Assembly: GCA_965218975.1 (NCBI GenBank)
Contig: OZ244717.1
Location: forward strand, 1,280,001-1,344,000
DNA length: 64,000 nt
Origin: Candidatus Oxydemutatoraceae bacterium
GTDB taxonomy: Bacteria > Pseudomonadota > Gammaproteobacteria > Poriferisulfidales > Oxydemutatoraceae
Direction of reading: 5' to 3'
Below, piece after piece: positions 51,620 to 61,416 of the stretch (its first letter is position 1; every line of letters begins with the position of its first letter). The notes below the pieces were generated by a model. The model was given only the letters and a program-made list of their open reading frames with translations, did not search any database and had not been told where the DNA came from. A program made the translations under genes and the position numbers.

Positions 51620-52522
51620 ATGGACAAGCATTTTATATTGCATATGCTGACAACCGAGAAAAACCTCAGCCCATTTGACGTCAATATGGCGGCAGATGCG
51701 GGATGGCAACATATTATTCCGTACACCTCGATTGTTGAGGATGAAGTATGCGCTTTGATTCAAGACGCAATTTTTTCGCGCGGACCTTCAGGTGTTAAAC
51801 GTACTGGTGTATTCATTGGCGGCCGTGACTTATTCGTTGCGCTCAAGATGTTGAATATAGCGCGTAAGAGCATGGTGCCACCGTTTGAGATTTCGTGTTT
51901 TGCTGATCCGAGCGGAGCATTCACGACTGCTGCTGGGATGATCGCGATGGCTGAAAGACACCTTGCGCAATCGGATAAGAGTGGGTTTGGCGGTAAGAAA
52001 GTAGTGGTTTTAGGCGGTACCGGCCCGGTAGGTGCCGTTGCCGGAATTTTGGCAAGTAAAGCAGGCGCTGACGTATTTCTGATTAGTCGCAACATGGAGA
52101 AAGCAGCAGCGATGGTATCGCGTTGTCAGGAACTGATGGGTCCGTTAAAAATGCACCCCGGCGATGAAATGACGAAGCAGACTGAATTGCCGACCACACA
52201 TATCGTGCTCGCCGCCGCCGCCGCCGGAGTGCAGGTGATGAATGAAGCAGCGCTTGCCGCTGCCGCGCAGTTGCAAGTAGCGGCCGATGTAAATGCGGTG
52301 CCGCCGTTGGGTATCGCAGGCGTTGAAGTTCGGCACGACAGTGAACCGATTGTCACCTCAACATCGAATGCGGTTGGGATTGGTGCGTTGGCGGTCGGTA
52401 ATGTAAAGTATCAGACGCAACATCGACTGTTTAAGAAGATGCATATAAGCGATAAACCGGTGTATCTGCATTTCGAACATGCATGTGACGTAGCGCGGGA
52501 GTGTGTGCGAGAAGGCAGTTGA
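51620..52522 (+). CDS. mtdB: NAD(P)-dependent methylene-H4MPT dehydrogenase
   Basis: SPFDVNMA.DAG, DAIFSRGP, DPSGAFTTAA, GGTGPVG, DVNAVPP.G. Confidence 0.92.
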   Translation: MDKHFILHMLTTEKNLSPFDVNMAADAGWQHIIPYTSIVEDEVCALIQDAIFSRGPSGVKRTGVFIGGRDLFVALKMLNIARKSMVPPFEISCFADPSGAFTTAAGMIAMAERHLAQSDKSGFGGKKVVVLGGTGPVGAVAGILASKAGADVFLISRNMEKAAAMVSRCQELMGPLKMHPGDEMTKQTELPTTHIVLAAAAAGVQVMNEAALAAAAQLQVAADVNAVPPLGIAGVEVRHDSEPIVTSTSNAVGIGALAVGNVKYQTQHRLFKKMHISDKPVYLHFEHACDVARECVREGS

Positions 52523-53675
52523 TGTGCCATATCTTTTTTTAATCGTTGCAAACAGTGCGCGGTTTCTTGCCGAATCGGCGGCGTTTGATCGGTATTCAGT
52601 TGTGACGATTGATGCGTTTGCGGATGCGGATTTGTGTTCTCTTTCTTCAGTGCGTGAATCGTTACGTGTGCTACGGACAGCCCAAGGACTTGATAGCGAT
52701 GCGGTGCTTACTGCGTGCCGCGATTTGAAGGGGCGATATACGTTTGATGGTGTTATTGTCGGCGCCGGATTGGAAAGCCATGACACGCTTATAATCGCAT
52801 TGGATGAGATGTTCGGTTGCATCGGTAATCAACCGAAGGTATTTTCGGAGTGTGCCGATCGCAAGCATTTGCACCGGACGTTTGAAACATTGCAGATTCC
52901 GCATGCTGCGATTTCATCACGATGCATTGATTATGCGGCGGATGAGATGCCGGTATTAATCAAGCGTTCAGGCACATCAGGCGGCGGGCATATTACGCGA
53001 AATTCCATTTGGGATGGTATTGAAAGAACGAGGGAAGTTGCCGAAGTTTATTTGCCGGGAACGGCGGTATCACATTTGTTTCTCGCCGACGGCAAACGGT
53101 TTTCAACGGTGGGATTTAATACTTTGTGGCAATCCCGGCACGACCCGACACAGCCGTTTTGTAATGGCGGAGCTATGAATCTCAGCATGTTAAGTCCGAT
53201 ACAACAACATCAAGCGAGGAGTTACGCGCAACGGCTGGTGCGTCATTGGTCTTTGCGTGGTTTGAATTGTATAGATTACATGTTGAGCGCTGGGCAATTG
53301 ATTGCATTGGAAGTTAATCCGCGCCCAAGCGCGACGATGCAGTTATATCCGTCAGCAGGTTTGTTTAATGCGCATTTTGCTGCATGCCGACAATCGTTGG
53401 ACGACAATTTTAAGAGAATTGATATTCCGTGCGCTTACGCGATTGTATATGCTTGTCATCGTTTGCATTTGCCGCCGGCGATATTTGCACGCCCGCCCAA
53501 TAGTCTAACCGAGTTTTGCGACGTGTCGTTGCAGGGTGTTACAATTAATGCGGGAGAACCAGTTTGCTCTTTACGCACGACGGCATTTGCAACAAATACT
53601 TCTGTCGAAGCCGTTATCAATGCGTTACAAGACGCGATTCGGCAAACAACGCAGGCGATTCAAGCGATTCAGTAA
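52503..53675 (+). CDS. ATP-grasp protein OrfY (methylofuran biosynthesis)
   Basis: SAR.LA.SA, D.FAD.D, GG.HI, LEVNPRPSA; conserved position between mtdB and mch. Confidence 0.8.
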   Translation: MCEKAVDVPYLFLIVANSARFLAESAAFDRYSVVTIDAFADADLCSLSSVRESLRVLRTAQGLDSDAVLTACRDLKGRYTFDGVIVGAGLESHDTLIIALDEMFGCIGNQPKVFSECADRKHLHRTFETLQIPHAAISSRCIDYAADEMPVLIKRSGTSGGGHITRNSIWDGIERTREVAEVYLPGTAVSHLFLADGKRFSTVGFNTLWQSRHDPTQPFCNGGAMNLSMLSPIQQHQARSYAQRLVRHWSLRGLNCIDYMLSAGQLIALEVNPRPSATMQLYPSAGLFNAHFAACRQSLDDNFKRIDIPCAYAIVYACHRLHLPPAIFARPPNSLTEFCDVSLQGVTINAGEPVCSLRTTAFATNTSVEAVINALQDAIRQTTQAIQAIQ

Positions 53676-53678
53676 ACG

Positions 53679-54647
53679 ATGACCGAACAAATTAGTATTA
53701 ACCGGCTTGTACAGCCGTTAGTTGAAGAATTAGTCGCGCATCGCGGTGATTTCCGTATTGTAGCTCAGCATTCTGCTAACGGTGCATTGCTGATTGACGC
53801 AGGAATTCATGCAAGCGGCGGTATCGAGGCGGGACGGCGGATTGCCGAGATTTGTCTCGGTGGACTTGGTGCGGTAACAATCGGCAATAACGGAGCAGCG
53901 GCACAATGGCCAACGACTTTAAATGTACATACGACAAATCCGATTATTGCTTGTTTAGCATCCCAGTACGCCGGTTGGGATTTGTCACACGGTGAAAGAA
54001 GAAATGCATTTCGTGCACTTGGTTCGGGACCGGGTCGGTCAATTGCGTGCAAGGAACCATTATTTGAGGAGCTTCGTTACCGGGATACCGCTGAGACCTG
54101 CACTTTAGTATTGGAAGCGGACCGATTGCCACCGGACGAAGTGATTAATTATGTGGCGAAGTCATGCAGATTATTACCTGAACAGTTGAACTTTATTTTG
54201 ACACCGACTCATAGCTTAGCGGGTTCGTTTCAAGTGGTGGCGCGAGTGTTGGAGGTGGCGTTGCATAAAGCGCATACTTTGGGGTTTTCATTAGATACGA
54301 TTGTAGACGGAGTCGGCAGTGTTCCGTTTGCGCCGCCGGCGCCGGATTTCATTACCGCTATGGGTCGTACCAACGATGCAATTCTATTTGCCGGACGAGT
54401 ACATTTGTTTGTTACAGGCGATGCAGCAATGGCGGAAAGTTTGGCAAACCGATTACCGAGCAGTACTTCGAAAGATTATGGCAAACCGTTTGCGCAAGTA
54501 TTCAAAGATTATGGATATGATTTCTTTAAAATCGACCCTCTGTTGTTTAGCCCCGCGCAAGTTGCGGTCACGCACTTGTCGACGGGGCAAACTTTCCATG
54601 CTGGGAAGATTGACGAACAATTGCTCAATCTGTCTTTTAGCGGATAA
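53679..54647 (+). CDS. mch: Methenyl-H4MPT cyclohydrolase
   Basis: ACLASQYAGW, GSGP.R, QVVARVLE.ALHK, MGRTND, IDP.LFSPA. Confidence 0.95.
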   Translation: MTEQISINRLVQPLVEELVAHRGDFRIVAQHSANGALLIDAGIHASGGIEAGRRIAEICLGGLGAVTIGNNGAAAQWPTTLNVHTTNPIIACLASQYAGWDLSHGERRNAFRALGSGPGRSIACKEPLFEELRYRDTAETCTLVLEADRLPPDEVINYVAKSCRLLPEQLNFILTPTHSLAGSFQVVARVLEVALHKAHTLGFSLDTIVDGVGSVPFAPPAPDFITAMGRTNDAILFAGRVHLFVTGDAAMAESLANRLPSSTSKDYGKPFAQVFKDYGYDFFKIDPLLFSPAQVAVTHLSTGQTFHAGKIDEQLLNLSFSG

Positions 54648-54799
54648 TTGCTCGTGTATATCCTAATGCGCTGAAATACTACGTGGTTATTTGTAGGTAA
54701 AGGGGTAACAAATCGGTTTATATCAGCTATTTTCGACAATAGAATAAAGGACTGTTTTAATTCTTAAAATAACTTGAATTTAAAAATAAGGAGGTGGAC

Positions 54800-54901
54800 G
54801 TGGCTGTGGGATTTAATCCGGTAAAACACCAAGTAAGAAATAATAATAAGCCGGAACTAAAGAATGTTACCGCGATACCCCCGCAAGCATTCTCAACTTA
54901 G
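54800..54901 (+). CDS. Putative 33-aa small ORF
   Basis: TAAGGAGGTG at 54787-54796 followed by in-frame GTGs (54800, 54806) and TAG. Confidence 0.3.
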   Translation: MAVGFNPVKHQVRNNNKPELKNVTAIPPQAFST

Positions 54902-54962
54902 CAAGTGCAAATAATAATTAGTGCATTAAAGTATATCGTTCCGTTTTTTGCTGCTTATTACG

Positions 54963-55889
54963 ATGCCGAGAGTCGGCATTATCACTAGCAAAAACGGTTG
55001 GCACAGTCGGCAAATTGCTTCCGCGCTAACCGCTCGCGGATGTGATGTTTATTTTGCCGCGCTGACCGACTTTGAGCTTTTAGTTACACAAGGTCGGTCC
55101 GAGCGTTGCGGATTTTTCCATAATCGTTTGCCGTCGAGACTTCCGGATGCCGTTTTTGTACGTTGTATTCCCGCCGGTACATTGGAGCAAATAGTATTCT
55201 ATCTCGACATTTTATATACATTCGAATTGCAATCGGTGCTAGTCTATAACAATGCGCGCACTATTGAGCGGAGCGTTGATAAAGTGATGACGACTTTTCT
55301 GTTGCGTCAAGCCGGTTTGCCGACGCCGCGGACTTGGGCGGGATTGAATATGGAACGTGCGCAGACGGTGATTGAGCAACAAACGCAGGCAGGTCGCGCG
55401 TTGGTAATGAAACCGATCTTTGGTGCGCAAGGAAAAGGCTTGCAGTACATTGACGCTAAATCGCCGCCTGAGTTTGCTGAAGGGACGGTTTACTATCTGC
55501 AAGAATTTATCGGCCGCAGTGACAAACAATGGTGCGACTGGCGTCTGTTTGTTGTTAATCATCAAGTCGTTGCGACGATGAAGCGGATTGGAAAGAGTTG
55601 GATTAATAATGTGGCGCAAGGGAGTATTTGCCGCGTCGCCGAACCGGATGCGTCAATGGTAGCGTTAGCAGAAGCGGCGTCGGTTGTGGTCGGCACAAGC
55701 TATGCGGGAGTGGATATAATTGCCGATGCGGCGGGAAATTATCAAATAATAGAGATTAATAGCATTCCGGCATGGCAAGGACTACAGAGTGTTGTGTCCG
55801 TATCTGTAGCGGATCTGGTCGCTAAGGATTTACTATGTCGTTTGCCAAATAGGTCGCCGCAAGATTGCGATGACGCCGGCACAGATTAA
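54963..55889 (+). CDS. RimK-like ATP-grasp glutamate ligase Orf5 (methylofuran polyglutamate)
   Basis: GWH, VFVR.IP.GTLEQI, VDK..TT, KPIFG.QG.G, EINSIPAW.GLQ. Confidence 0.85.
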   Translation: MPRVGIITSKNGWHSRQIASALTARGCDVYFAALTDFELLVTQGRSERCGFFHNRLPSRLPDAVFVRCIPAGTLEQIVFYLDILYTFELQSVLVYNNARTIERSVDKVMTTFLLRQAGLPTPRTWAGLNMERAQTVIEQQTQAGRALVMKPIFGAQGKGLQYIDAKSPPEFAEGTVYYLQEFIGRSDKQWCDWRLFVVNHQVVATMKRIGKSWINNVAQGSICRVAEPDASMVALAEAASVVVGTSYAGVDIIADAAGNYQIIEINSIPAWQGLQSVVSVSVADLVAKDLLCRLPNRSPQDCDDAGTD

Positions 55890-56745
55890 TTATCATTTTC
55901 AACGCGCTTGCTTGCTTGATGTTGCGGCACTAAAACCGGGCAATGTCGGTTGGCATGGCTGCGGTCACGGTATGGATTCGGGGGACTTTATCGCTAGCGC
56001 CGCCGCTTGCGGGCATAGTTTATGCGCGTCCGGTATTACATTGGGTGAACGAATTTTTCAGGCAATTGAACGAACACGGCGTGTCGTTAAATGCAATACG
56101 AATTTGGGTCTCGTATTGTTATGTGCACCGGTGATTCATGCTGCTTTGAATGTGCGGTTTGTGACGGGCGGGCTGAAAGATGCGGTCGGGCGGATACTGG
56201 AACAAACTACGGTTGATGATGCGAGACGAGTATTTGCTGCAATTCGTCTTGTGCAGCCGGGAGGCATGGGTACAGTGGAAACGCATGACATACGGGACGA
56301 ACCGACGCTAAATCTGCGCGATGTGATGCGTTTTTCTGCCGGTTATGATTTAGTGGGAGCGCAGTATGCCGAGGAATATCGTTTTCTGTTTGAAGACGTC
56401 GTTCCTTTATTCGTTGAATTTTTCGCACGCTGGGGGTATGATACGTGGGCTGCTGCAGGTGTCTATATGACTTTGCTTGGCGGCTACCCAGACAGCTTGA
56501 TAGCTCGTAAGCAAGGTCCTCGAAAAGCCGAGGACATTATGAAGGTGGTAACGCCGTTGGCCAAAGAGTTTGTCGGATGTACAAGGCCCCAGGATTTTGA
56601 GCGACAGTTGCTTGATCTGGATCGGTACTTAAAGCAGGATAAGCTGAACCCCGGAACAACTGCGGATATTGTTGTCAGTGGAGTTTTGATTGCGAGTCTG
56701 GAAGGCGCTTTACGTAATGCGGTGATTATTTCATCGTCAAAGTAA
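55870..56745 (+). CDS. CitG-like protein Orf7 of H4MPT clusters
   Basis: AC.LDV.A.KPGNV, NTNLG, DSLIARK.G, NPGTTAD. Confidence 0.85.
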   Translation: MTPAQINYHFQRACLLDVAALKPGNVGWHGCGHGMDSGDFIASAAACGHSLCASGITLGERIFQAIERTRRVVKCNTNLGLVLLCAPVIHAALNVRFVTGGLKDAVGRILEQTTVDDARRVFAAIRLVQPGGMGTVETHDIRDEPTLNLRDVMRFSAGYDLVGAQYAEEYRFLFEDVVPLFVEFFARWGYDTWAAAGVYMTLLGGYPDSLIARKQGPRKAEDIMKVVTPLAKEFVGCTRPQDFERQLLDLDRYLKQDKLNPGTTADIVVSGVLIASLEGALRNAVIISSSK

Positions 56746-56795
56746 AATTGTGTAAGGCTTGTTTAATATAATGAGTAATATGTGAGGAGAAAAAC

Positions 56796-57320
56796 ATGAC
56801 TCTTAATAAAGTAATGGTCGGAGAATCTTTGGTTAATGATAAAGATCCGTCTGGAACGATGGCAGAAATTGCCCATATTGATTTAATTATGGGACCCAGG
56901 GGCTCGGCAGCTGAAACGGCATTTTGTAGCGGCTTAGTCAACAACAAAGATGGTTTTACCTCTTTGCTTGCCGTCATTGCGCCGAATCTGCCATGCAAAC
57001 CGAACACAATGATGTTTAATAAAGTAACCATCAAAGGTGCGAATCAAGCGGTGCAGATGTTTGGCCCGGCACAGACTGCGGTTGCCAAAGCGGTTCAAGA
57101 TTGTGTGGCAGAAGGCATCATTCCCGAGAACGAAGCAGATGATATTTATATTTGTGTCGGTGTTTTTATTCACTGGGATGCGAAAGACAACTCGGCGATT
57201 TATGAGAATAACTACAAAGCAGTTAAAGAGTCCATCGAGCGTGCGATAAAAGGTCTACCTACCGCCGCCGAAGCGACCGCTAAGAGAAATGATGCGGAGC
57301 ATCCGTTCAAAGGATTCTGA
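56796..57320 (+). CDS. fae: Formaldehyde-activating enzyme
   Basis: [37 protein letters not shown]. Confidence 0.95.
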   Translation: MTLNKVMVGESLVNDKDPSGTMAEIAHIDLIMGPRGSAAETAFCSGLVNNKDGFTSLLAVIAPNLPCKPNTMMFNKVTIKGANQAVQMFGPAQTAVAKAVQDCVAEGIIPENEADDIYICVGVFIHWDAKDNSAIYENNYKAVKESIERAIKGLPTAAEATAKRNDAEHPFKGF

Positions 57321-57341
57321 TCAACACCTAAAGTTCTAATT

Positions 57342-57370
57342 AAAAGCCCTGGTCATCAGGGCTTTTTTTT
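57342..57370 (+). terminator. Intrinsic terminator after fae
   Basis: AAAAGCCCTG-gtcat-CAGGGCTTTTTTTT. Confidence 0.85.
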
Positions 57371-57511
57371 ACAGTGGTTAGTCAAGCATCATGTCAACTT
57401 CTGAAGTTTGAAATATGCCGCAATTAGTTTTCTTATAGGCGCGACTTATTTTCCCGCAAGTATATAATTTAGGCTTTTTAGTTATGCTAAGGGTGGTTTG
57501 CGATTTCCAAT

Positions 57512-58558
57512 CAAAAAAGCGACTTTTATTTCCATTTACCTGAGACATTAATTGCCGATTACCCGACAGCTGAACGAGTCCAATCGCGGTTGTTGTACTT
57601 ACCTGAGGCCCCCGCTGAGGCAGTAGATTTAAGATTTAATCAAGTTATACATCTACTCAGGCCTAATGATCTGTTAGTGCTGAATAATAGTAAAGTGATT
57701 CGCGCACGTTTATTTGGAAACAAAGTAAACGGCGGTAAAGTTGAAATTTTAATCGAGCGCATTTTTGATGAAAAACATGCTTCGGCACAAGTTAAGGCGA
57801 GCAAAACTCCTAACGTCAATACTATTGTCAAAGTGGGCGGAGTACCCTTATTAGTATTGAGTCGAAACCGGAACTTATTTAGATTGGCGATACATAATAC
57901 TGAGAACATGACTTTTGAGCAGCTACTTGAAGAGAACGGGAACGTGCCGTTACCGCCGTACATACGGCGACCGGCAGAATGGATTGATCACGAGCGTTAC
58001 CAGACAGTTTATGCGAAATATTCAGGGTCGGTTGCGGCACCGACGGCGGGTTTACATTTTGATCATGCGTTGTTGGATGAATGCCGTCGCCAAGGGGTGC
58101 AAGTACGGTCGCTAACTTTGCACATCGGATTGGGAACTTTTCAGCCGATTCGTCATCATCGATTGGATGCGCACACTATGCACCGAGAATCATTTGTTAT
58201 CGATCAGGCATTATGCTCTGCCGTATATGAGTGTCGCGCCCGTGGCGGCAGAGTGGTTGCGGTCGGGAGTACGGTAGTGCGGGCTTTAGAGACGGTAGCG
58301 CAAATGAATGATGGGCAATTACATGCGTATCAAGGGGAAACCGACATTTTTATCCGTCCGGGATATTCGTTTCAAGTGGTGGATAGCATGATTACTAATT
58401 TTCATTTACCCGAGTCCACATTATTTATACTAGTTTGCGCTTTTGCCGGAAAGAAAAGAATGTTAGATGCTTATCACTACGCTATTGCACAACGCTACCG
58501 TTTTTATAGCTATGGTGATGTAATGTGGCTTGAGAAAAATGCTGAAGTTCACGCTTGA
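57512..58558 (+). CDS. queA: SAM:tRNA ribosyltransferase-isomerase (start codon anomalous)
   Basis: SDFYFHLPETLIA.YP in frame upstream of the annotated TTG 57590; PLPPYI, YQTVYA, AAPTAGLHF, TNFHLP, YRFYSYGD. Confidence 0.93.
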   Translation, partial: QKSDFYFHLPETLIADYPTAERVQSRLLYLPEAPAEAVDLRFNQVIHLLRPNDLLVLNNSKVIRARLFGNKVNGGKVEILIERIFDEKHASAQVKASKTPNVNTIVKVGGVPLLVLSRNRNLFRLAIHNTENMTFEQLLEENGNVPLPPYIRRPAEWIDHERYQTVYAKYSGSVAAPTAGLHFDHALLDECRRQGVQVRSLTLHIGLGTFQPIRHHRLDAHTMHRESFVIDQALCSAVYECRARGGRVVAVGSTVVRALETVAQMNDGQLHAYQGETDIFIRPGYSFQVVDSMITNFHLPESTLFILVCAFAGKKRMLDAYHYAIAQRYRFYSYGDVMWLEKNAEVHA

Positions 58559-59645
58559 AGCCAGCGACGGATTGGCACGTGCCGGAATTTTAGACCTGCC
58601 TCACGGTCGCGTTAAAACACCGGTGTTTATGCCGGTCGGCACACGTGCATCGATTAGAGGAATGACGCCGCATACATTAAAAGAGTCGGGGGTGCCGATG
58701 ATCTTAAGTAACGCTTGGCATTTAATGCTGCGTCCGGGAACGGATTTGATTTTAGCACATGGCGGATTGCATCGATTCACGGGTTGGGATCGTCCGATTC
58801 TGACGGATTCCGGCGGTTATCAATTGTTTAGTCTTGCAAAAATGCTCGATATTGATGAACGAGGAATTTGTTTTCAATCCCCGTATGACGGCAAGCAGGT
58901 TGCATTGACGGTGGAAGAGGCGATTCGTGTTCAACAGAGCATTGGAGCAGATGTCATTATGGCATTTGATGAGTGCGCCGCTTATCTCGCAGATAAGCAA
59001 GTTGTGGCGGAATCAATGCGCCGTTCAATGCGATGGGCGGCGCGCTCGCGGCAAATACATAACGATGAAACGCGCTCAACTTTATTCGGTATTGTACAAG
59101 GGGGAACGTATACGGATTTGCGTGCTGAGTCAGCGACACGCCTGATTGACATCGGTTTCAGCGGGTATGCGCTTGGCGGCCTTGCCGTCGGTGAAAGCCC
59201 TCAGGAAAGAAATGATATGTTGGATTTTACCACGCCGTTATTACCCGTTGATCAACCACGTTATGTGATGGGAGTCGGGTCACCTCAAGATATTGTTGAT
59301 GCGGTATTTCGCGGCGCGGATATGTTTGACTGTGTCATTCCGACACGTAATGCTCGCAGCGGATACTTGTACACACGCAACGGACTGTTAAGAATTCGGA
59401 ATGCCGTTTATCGCAGGGATTTGCGTCCGATTGATGAATCGTGCGGTTGTTATACTTGTTGCAATTTTAGCCGCGCCTACCTTCGCCATTTGGACCAATG
59501 TAAGGAAGTATCGTCCGTAATCTTGAATACAATTCATAATCTGCATTATTACCAAGATCTAATGCGCGAATTGCGTGCTACTATCCGAGCAGGCCGGTTG
59601 AATCACTACCGGTCAGAATTGTTCGCAAAGTACAAAGAGCGATAA
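58539..59645 (+). CDS. tgt: Queuine tRNA-ribosyltransferase
   Basis: TPVFMPVGT, TDSGGYQ, GIVQGG, DMFDCV.PTRNAR, CxCxxC...H zinc site. Confidence 0.96.
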   Translation: MLKFTLEASDGLARAGILDLPHGRVKTPVFMPVGTRASIRGMTPHTLKESGVPMILSNAWHLMLRPGTDLILAHGGLHRFTGWDRPILTDSGGYQLFSLAKMLDIDERGICFQSPYDGKQVALTVEEAIRVQQSIGADVIMAFDECAAYLADKQVVAESMRRSMRWAARSRQIHNDETRSTLFGIVQGGTYTDLRAESATRLIDIGFSGYALGGLAVGESPQERNDMLDFTTPLLPVDQPRYVMGVGSPQDIVDAVFRGADMFDCVIPTRNARSGYLYTRNGLLRIRNAVYRRDLRPIDESCGCYTCCNFSRAYLRHLDQCKEVSSVILNTIHNLHYYQDLMRELRATIRAGRLNHYRSELFAKYKER

Positions 59646-59855
59646 TTTTGGAAAGCTATGCGATAGAGCTGACGGATATTTATCTCACAATGCGGGCACA
59701 AGGGATTAACAAAGAATCGTAACGATATCTAATACATAATACCTTTCTCAAGCTTTGGGTGTATTGGTATCGTGCTTGATCGACATTCAGATAAAACGGA
59801 TGGTTTTTACCATTGACATATAATTCCGAACATCTCCAGAGTCAGCAGGTTTCCT

Positions 59856-60848
59856 TCAGCTTAAGCATTGTTCTAGATTTTTAGCCAGATTCTTTAACAG
59901 ATTAAAATACAAATTTTCGCCATCAGAAAGTCCACTTCCGAGCGGATCAAGGGTGCTGTTTTTTGCATTTGTTCCTTGTATCACCGTTTTTACTAGGCGG
60001 TCGGAGAATTGTGGTTCATGGAAAACGCAATTAACCTCTGTTTGTCGCAATTTCTCACGTACCGCTTTGATGCGATTCGACGAAGGTGGTTGATTTGGAT
60101 CAAACGTAATAGAACCTACACCATTTAGTCCGTAAGCGCGTTCAAAATACTGATATGCATCATGGAAAACAACGAATGGTTTGTCTTTTACTCCGGAAAG
60201 GATAATTTCAAGTTCTGCGTCTAGTGCGTCTATCCTCCTTATTAATTTACGCGCATTTGCTTTGTAAATGTCATGATTTTCGGAGTATATTGCACTCAAT
60301 TCTTCAGTAACGGCTTTGATGATTTTTTTTACGTTCTCAGGACCAAGCCAGACATGCATATCATGATGGTCATGACTGTGAAGATGTTCTCCATGAGATT
60401 GTTCTTTGTGCTCGTTTTCCTTGCTATGTTTCTCTTCATCTTCATAGATTTCATATTGGTGCGCCTCCCATGCGCCACCTTGACGATATTGAAGTACGGT
60501 CAGATCCGCTTTTTGTGTTACTGCTATTTTTCTAACGTGGTTTGGCAGCGTTTTAAAAGAACGGTTTAGAAAAGTTTCAAAGTTATCGTCTATATAAAAA
60601 ATAACGCTCGCTTTATACATAATTTTCATTTGTGAAGGCTTCAATTGAAAGTCATGCGGCGAGGTGTTACCGGCAAGCAGTAATTTCGCTTCACCTGTAC
60701 CTCCGATGACGCCGACGACCAAGGAATGTAATGGTTTAATAGTGACAACAACTCCCTTTGTTTCTGTTGCCGTCGCTTGTACAGGGAATATCAATGATAG
60801 CGTGATTGTAAATCTTATTAGTATTAAAAGAGCGTTTTTTATTTTCAT
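59856..60848 (-). CDS. znuA: Zinc ABC transporter substrate-binding protein
   Basis: Signal peptide, TIKPLHSLV, SPH, His-rich loop, HVWL, FHDAYQYFE. Confidence 0.92.
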   Translation of the reverse strand: MKIKNALLILIRFTITLSLIFPVQATATETKGVVVTIKPLHSLVVGVIGGTGEAKLLLAGNTSPHDFQLKPSQMKIMYKASVIFYIDDNFETFLNRSFKTLPNHVRKIAVTQKADLTVLQYRQGGAWEAHQYEIYEDEEKHSKENEHKEQSHGEHLHSHDHHDMHVWLGPENVKKIIKAVTEELSAIYSENHDIYKANARKLIRRIDALDAELEIILSGVKDKPFVVFHDAYQYFERAYGLNGVGSITFDPNQPPSSNRIKAVREKLRQTEVNCVFHEPQFSDRLVKTVIQGTNAKNSTLDPLGSGLSDGENLYFNLLKNLAKNLEQCLS

Positions 60849-60897
60849 AAATTTCTGATAATCTGATAATTTAATATTAATTTTGCAAAATTAACGT

Positions 60898-60916
60898 TAT
60901 GTTATACTATAACATA
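60898..60916. promoter_or_regulatory. Zur box
   Basis: Perfect palindrome TATGTTATA-C-TATAACATA between divergent znuA and zur-znuCB. Confidence 0.85.
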
Positions 60917-60948
60917 TACTTAGCCAATTTCGTTTTACGAAGGGGCGT

Positions 60949-61413
60949 ATGCATACCTGTAATCATCATGACGTTTGTATAAATGACGCTTTGCAAAAGG
61001 CGGATATGATTTGTCGCAATCAGGGGGTGCGCTTGACTGATTTGCGACGGAAAGTTTTGGAAATGATCTGGGTAGGTCATGGTTTTGCAAAAGCGTATGA
61101 TATTTTGGATAAGCTGAAAAGTAAGGACGCATCCGCTAAGCCGCCCACTGTTTATCGCAGCTTGGATTTCTTACTCAAGAATGGTCTGATTCATAAATTG
61201 AATACCTTAAATGCGTATGTTGGTTGTTCGCATCCGCTTAAGCATGATGAGTGCTATTTTATTATTTGCAGCAAGTGTGGCGAAGTTAAAGAGTGTTGTA
61301 ACAGCATGTTATCTCGAGCAATTATAAGGACTGCAAGCAAAAATAAATTTCATTTCAAGCGCATTACTTTGGAAATTGAGGGGGAGTGCCGAGAGTGTAT
61401 GAGACAGAAGTAA
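60949..61413 (+). CDS. zur: Zinc uptake regulator (Fur family)
   Basis: RLT..R, AYDILD, PPTVYR.LDFL, two CxxC motifs. Confidence 0.9.
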   Translation: MHTCNHHDVCINDALQKADMICRNQGVRLTDLRRKVLEMIWVGHGFAKAYDILDKLKSKDASAKPPTVYRSLDFLLKNGLIHKLNTLNAYVGCSHPLKHDECYFIICSKCGEVKECCNSMLSRAIIRTASKNKFHFKRITLEIEGECRECMRQK

Positions 61414-61416
61414 ATT

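Noticed and set aside
52503-55889. RiPP (graspetide) cluster from two ATP-grasp enzymes plus a small ORF
   Set aside because: Both enzymes match OrfY and Orf5 in their usual positions in H4MPT/methylofuran clusters, and the peptide lacks repeated core motifs
57511-57520. A_AAA_AAG -1 ribosomal frameshift producing QueA from ATG 57484
   Set aside because: QueA is in the +1 frame relative to that ATG; a -1 shift reaches a stop
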